A model generated the notes under the pieces. That model was not told where the DNA came from, searched no databases, and saw only the letters and a list, made by a program, of their open reading frames with translations. The position numbers were made by a program, and so were the translations under genes. Positions 62,925 to 64,000 of a stretch of 64,000 nucleotides of DNA are shown here, piece by piece. The first letter of the stretch is position 1. Each line of letters begins with the position of its first letter. The stretch comes from Ruditapes philippinarum (Eukaryota), in the NCBI RefSeq assembly GCF_026571515.1, contig NW_026859211.1, forward strand, positions 124,001-188,000, given 5' to 3'.

Positions 62925-64000
62925 ATGGAGGTATCTGGAAAGGTAACTTCGACATCAAAGACGAACTTTAACCTCTACTGTATTACGTGTGATACAGATG
63001 GATTAAAGGAGCCAGCTCACGGATTTTGTCAAGACTGCCAAGAACATCTTTGCAAAAGTTGCCTTCAACATCATAGAAGGTCAAGGCTTTCTAGAAACCA
63101 CGTATTGCTTGATAAAGACGCAATGCCAACACAACAAACGACCATTGACGACGTAAATGCAGAAGTAATTACGGACAACTGTACCAACCATAGGGATAAA
63201 CAACTGGAGTTCTATTGTAACAATCACAAAACTGTAGCATGTTATGTCTGTGTTACACTTGAACACAAACAATGCAAAGTTGATTATATTCCTGATGTTT
63301 CAGGTAACATATCTGGCGACTTGATAGATTTGAACAAAAAGATGAAAAATTTAGTCAAGAAATGTGAAAATAACATTATGAAGGCTTCAGCTGCTACAAA
63401 GCAACTAGAACAAAGTCGTGGAAAAGTTGTTGAAGACATACGACTCTTGAGAAAAGAAATAAACGATCGGTTAGATCAGATGGAATCTATGATGATAAAA
63501 GAAGCTGAAGCTGTTGTTAACACAGCAACCTACAAACACAAGAATATCACAGTTGCTTGTGAAAAAATAGCCGAGGATGTGAAACGTTCACAGTCATTTC
63601 TTAATGCCTTGAAGGAAGCAAACAAGAATAATAAGCTTTTCATTGAATTGAAAAATGTCAGACCTCGTTTGATGACACTGGAAAGTGAGGAAATACAGAC
63701 TGTTAAAGAGAACATGACATATGACGACATTCAGTTTGACCGGAACGAAAAGCTGCTTGATCAACTGAAAAGTGAGACAATCTTTGGAACAATTTCCACA
63801 TACAGAAAATCATCAACAGATATTGAAATATGTGTCAAATATGAAAGATCGCTCAACGTGACATTTCCTTCTGATGAAGAACAAAGTGATGTTTTTGGGA
63901 TGGTAACGATTTCTGCTTCACACATGATCTTAGCTGACTACGGAAATAAAAAAATTAAAATGATAGATGTAGACACAGGAACGCTGGTGTCTGAGAAGAC
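62925..64000 (+). CDS. RING-less TRIM-like protein, copy 7 (5' part, runs off the window; not in the ORF track)
   Basis: Manually translated open frame MEVSGKVTST...ADYGNKKIKMIDVDTGTLVSEK with no stop to the window end. Confidence 0.9.
   Translation, partial: MEVSGKVTSTSKTNFNLYCITCDTDGLKEPAHGFCQDCQEHLCKSCLQHHRRSRLSRNHVLLDKDAMPTQQTTIDDVNAEVITDNCTNHRDKQLEFYCNNHKTVACYVCVTLEHKQCKVDYIPDVSGNISGDLIDLNKKMKNLVKKCENNIMKASAATKQLEQSRGKVVEDIRLLRKEINDRLDQMESMMIKEAEAVVNTATYKHKNITVACEKIAEDVKRSQSFLNALKEANKNNKLFIELKNVRPRLMTLESEEIQTVKENMTYDDIQFDRNEKLLDQLKSETIFGTISTYRKSSTDIEICVKYERSLNVTFPSDEEQSDVFGMVTISASHMILADYGNKKIKMIDVDTGTLVSEK

Larger units (their letters stand above)
47396..64000 (+). repeat. Duplicated block B
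   Basis: Collinear with block A at about 22-23.5 kb offset. Confidence 0.9.

Overview
AT-rich eukaryotic (animal) DNA. The repeat families suggest a bivalve mollusc, but this is inferred and not verified. The window is a tandem, all-plus-strand cluster of RING-less TRIM-like genes (B-box1, B-box2, coiled coil, NHL-like six-bladed beta-propeller), each with its whole CDS in one exon behind a short non-coding leader exon. There are four intact copies (1470, 17030, 39970, 50411), one open copy cut by the window end (62925), one copy inside an error-rich and probably unpolished stretch (28611), and a deleted, SINE-interrupted pseudogene (54809) with a remnant at about 31800. Paralogues are conserved in the B-boxes and propeller strands, hypervariable in the propeller loops, and mosaic. 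A block starting near 24500 recurs near 47400 (about 23 kb offset). Each copy of the block carries orphan 3' exons of an NRF1/ewg/P3A2-type transcription factor. Between the genes are SDR (HSD17B14-like) exon relics, an unidentified decayed multi-exon gene and many mobile elements (mariner, Sola-like, TTAA MITE, Helentron-type HINEs, Crypton-like palindromes, tRNA-derived SINEs, a LINE relic). Several insertions can be read as filled/empty site pairs. No prokaryotic features, rRNA, true tRNA or CRISPR were found. All alignments were done by eye and family names are from memory.
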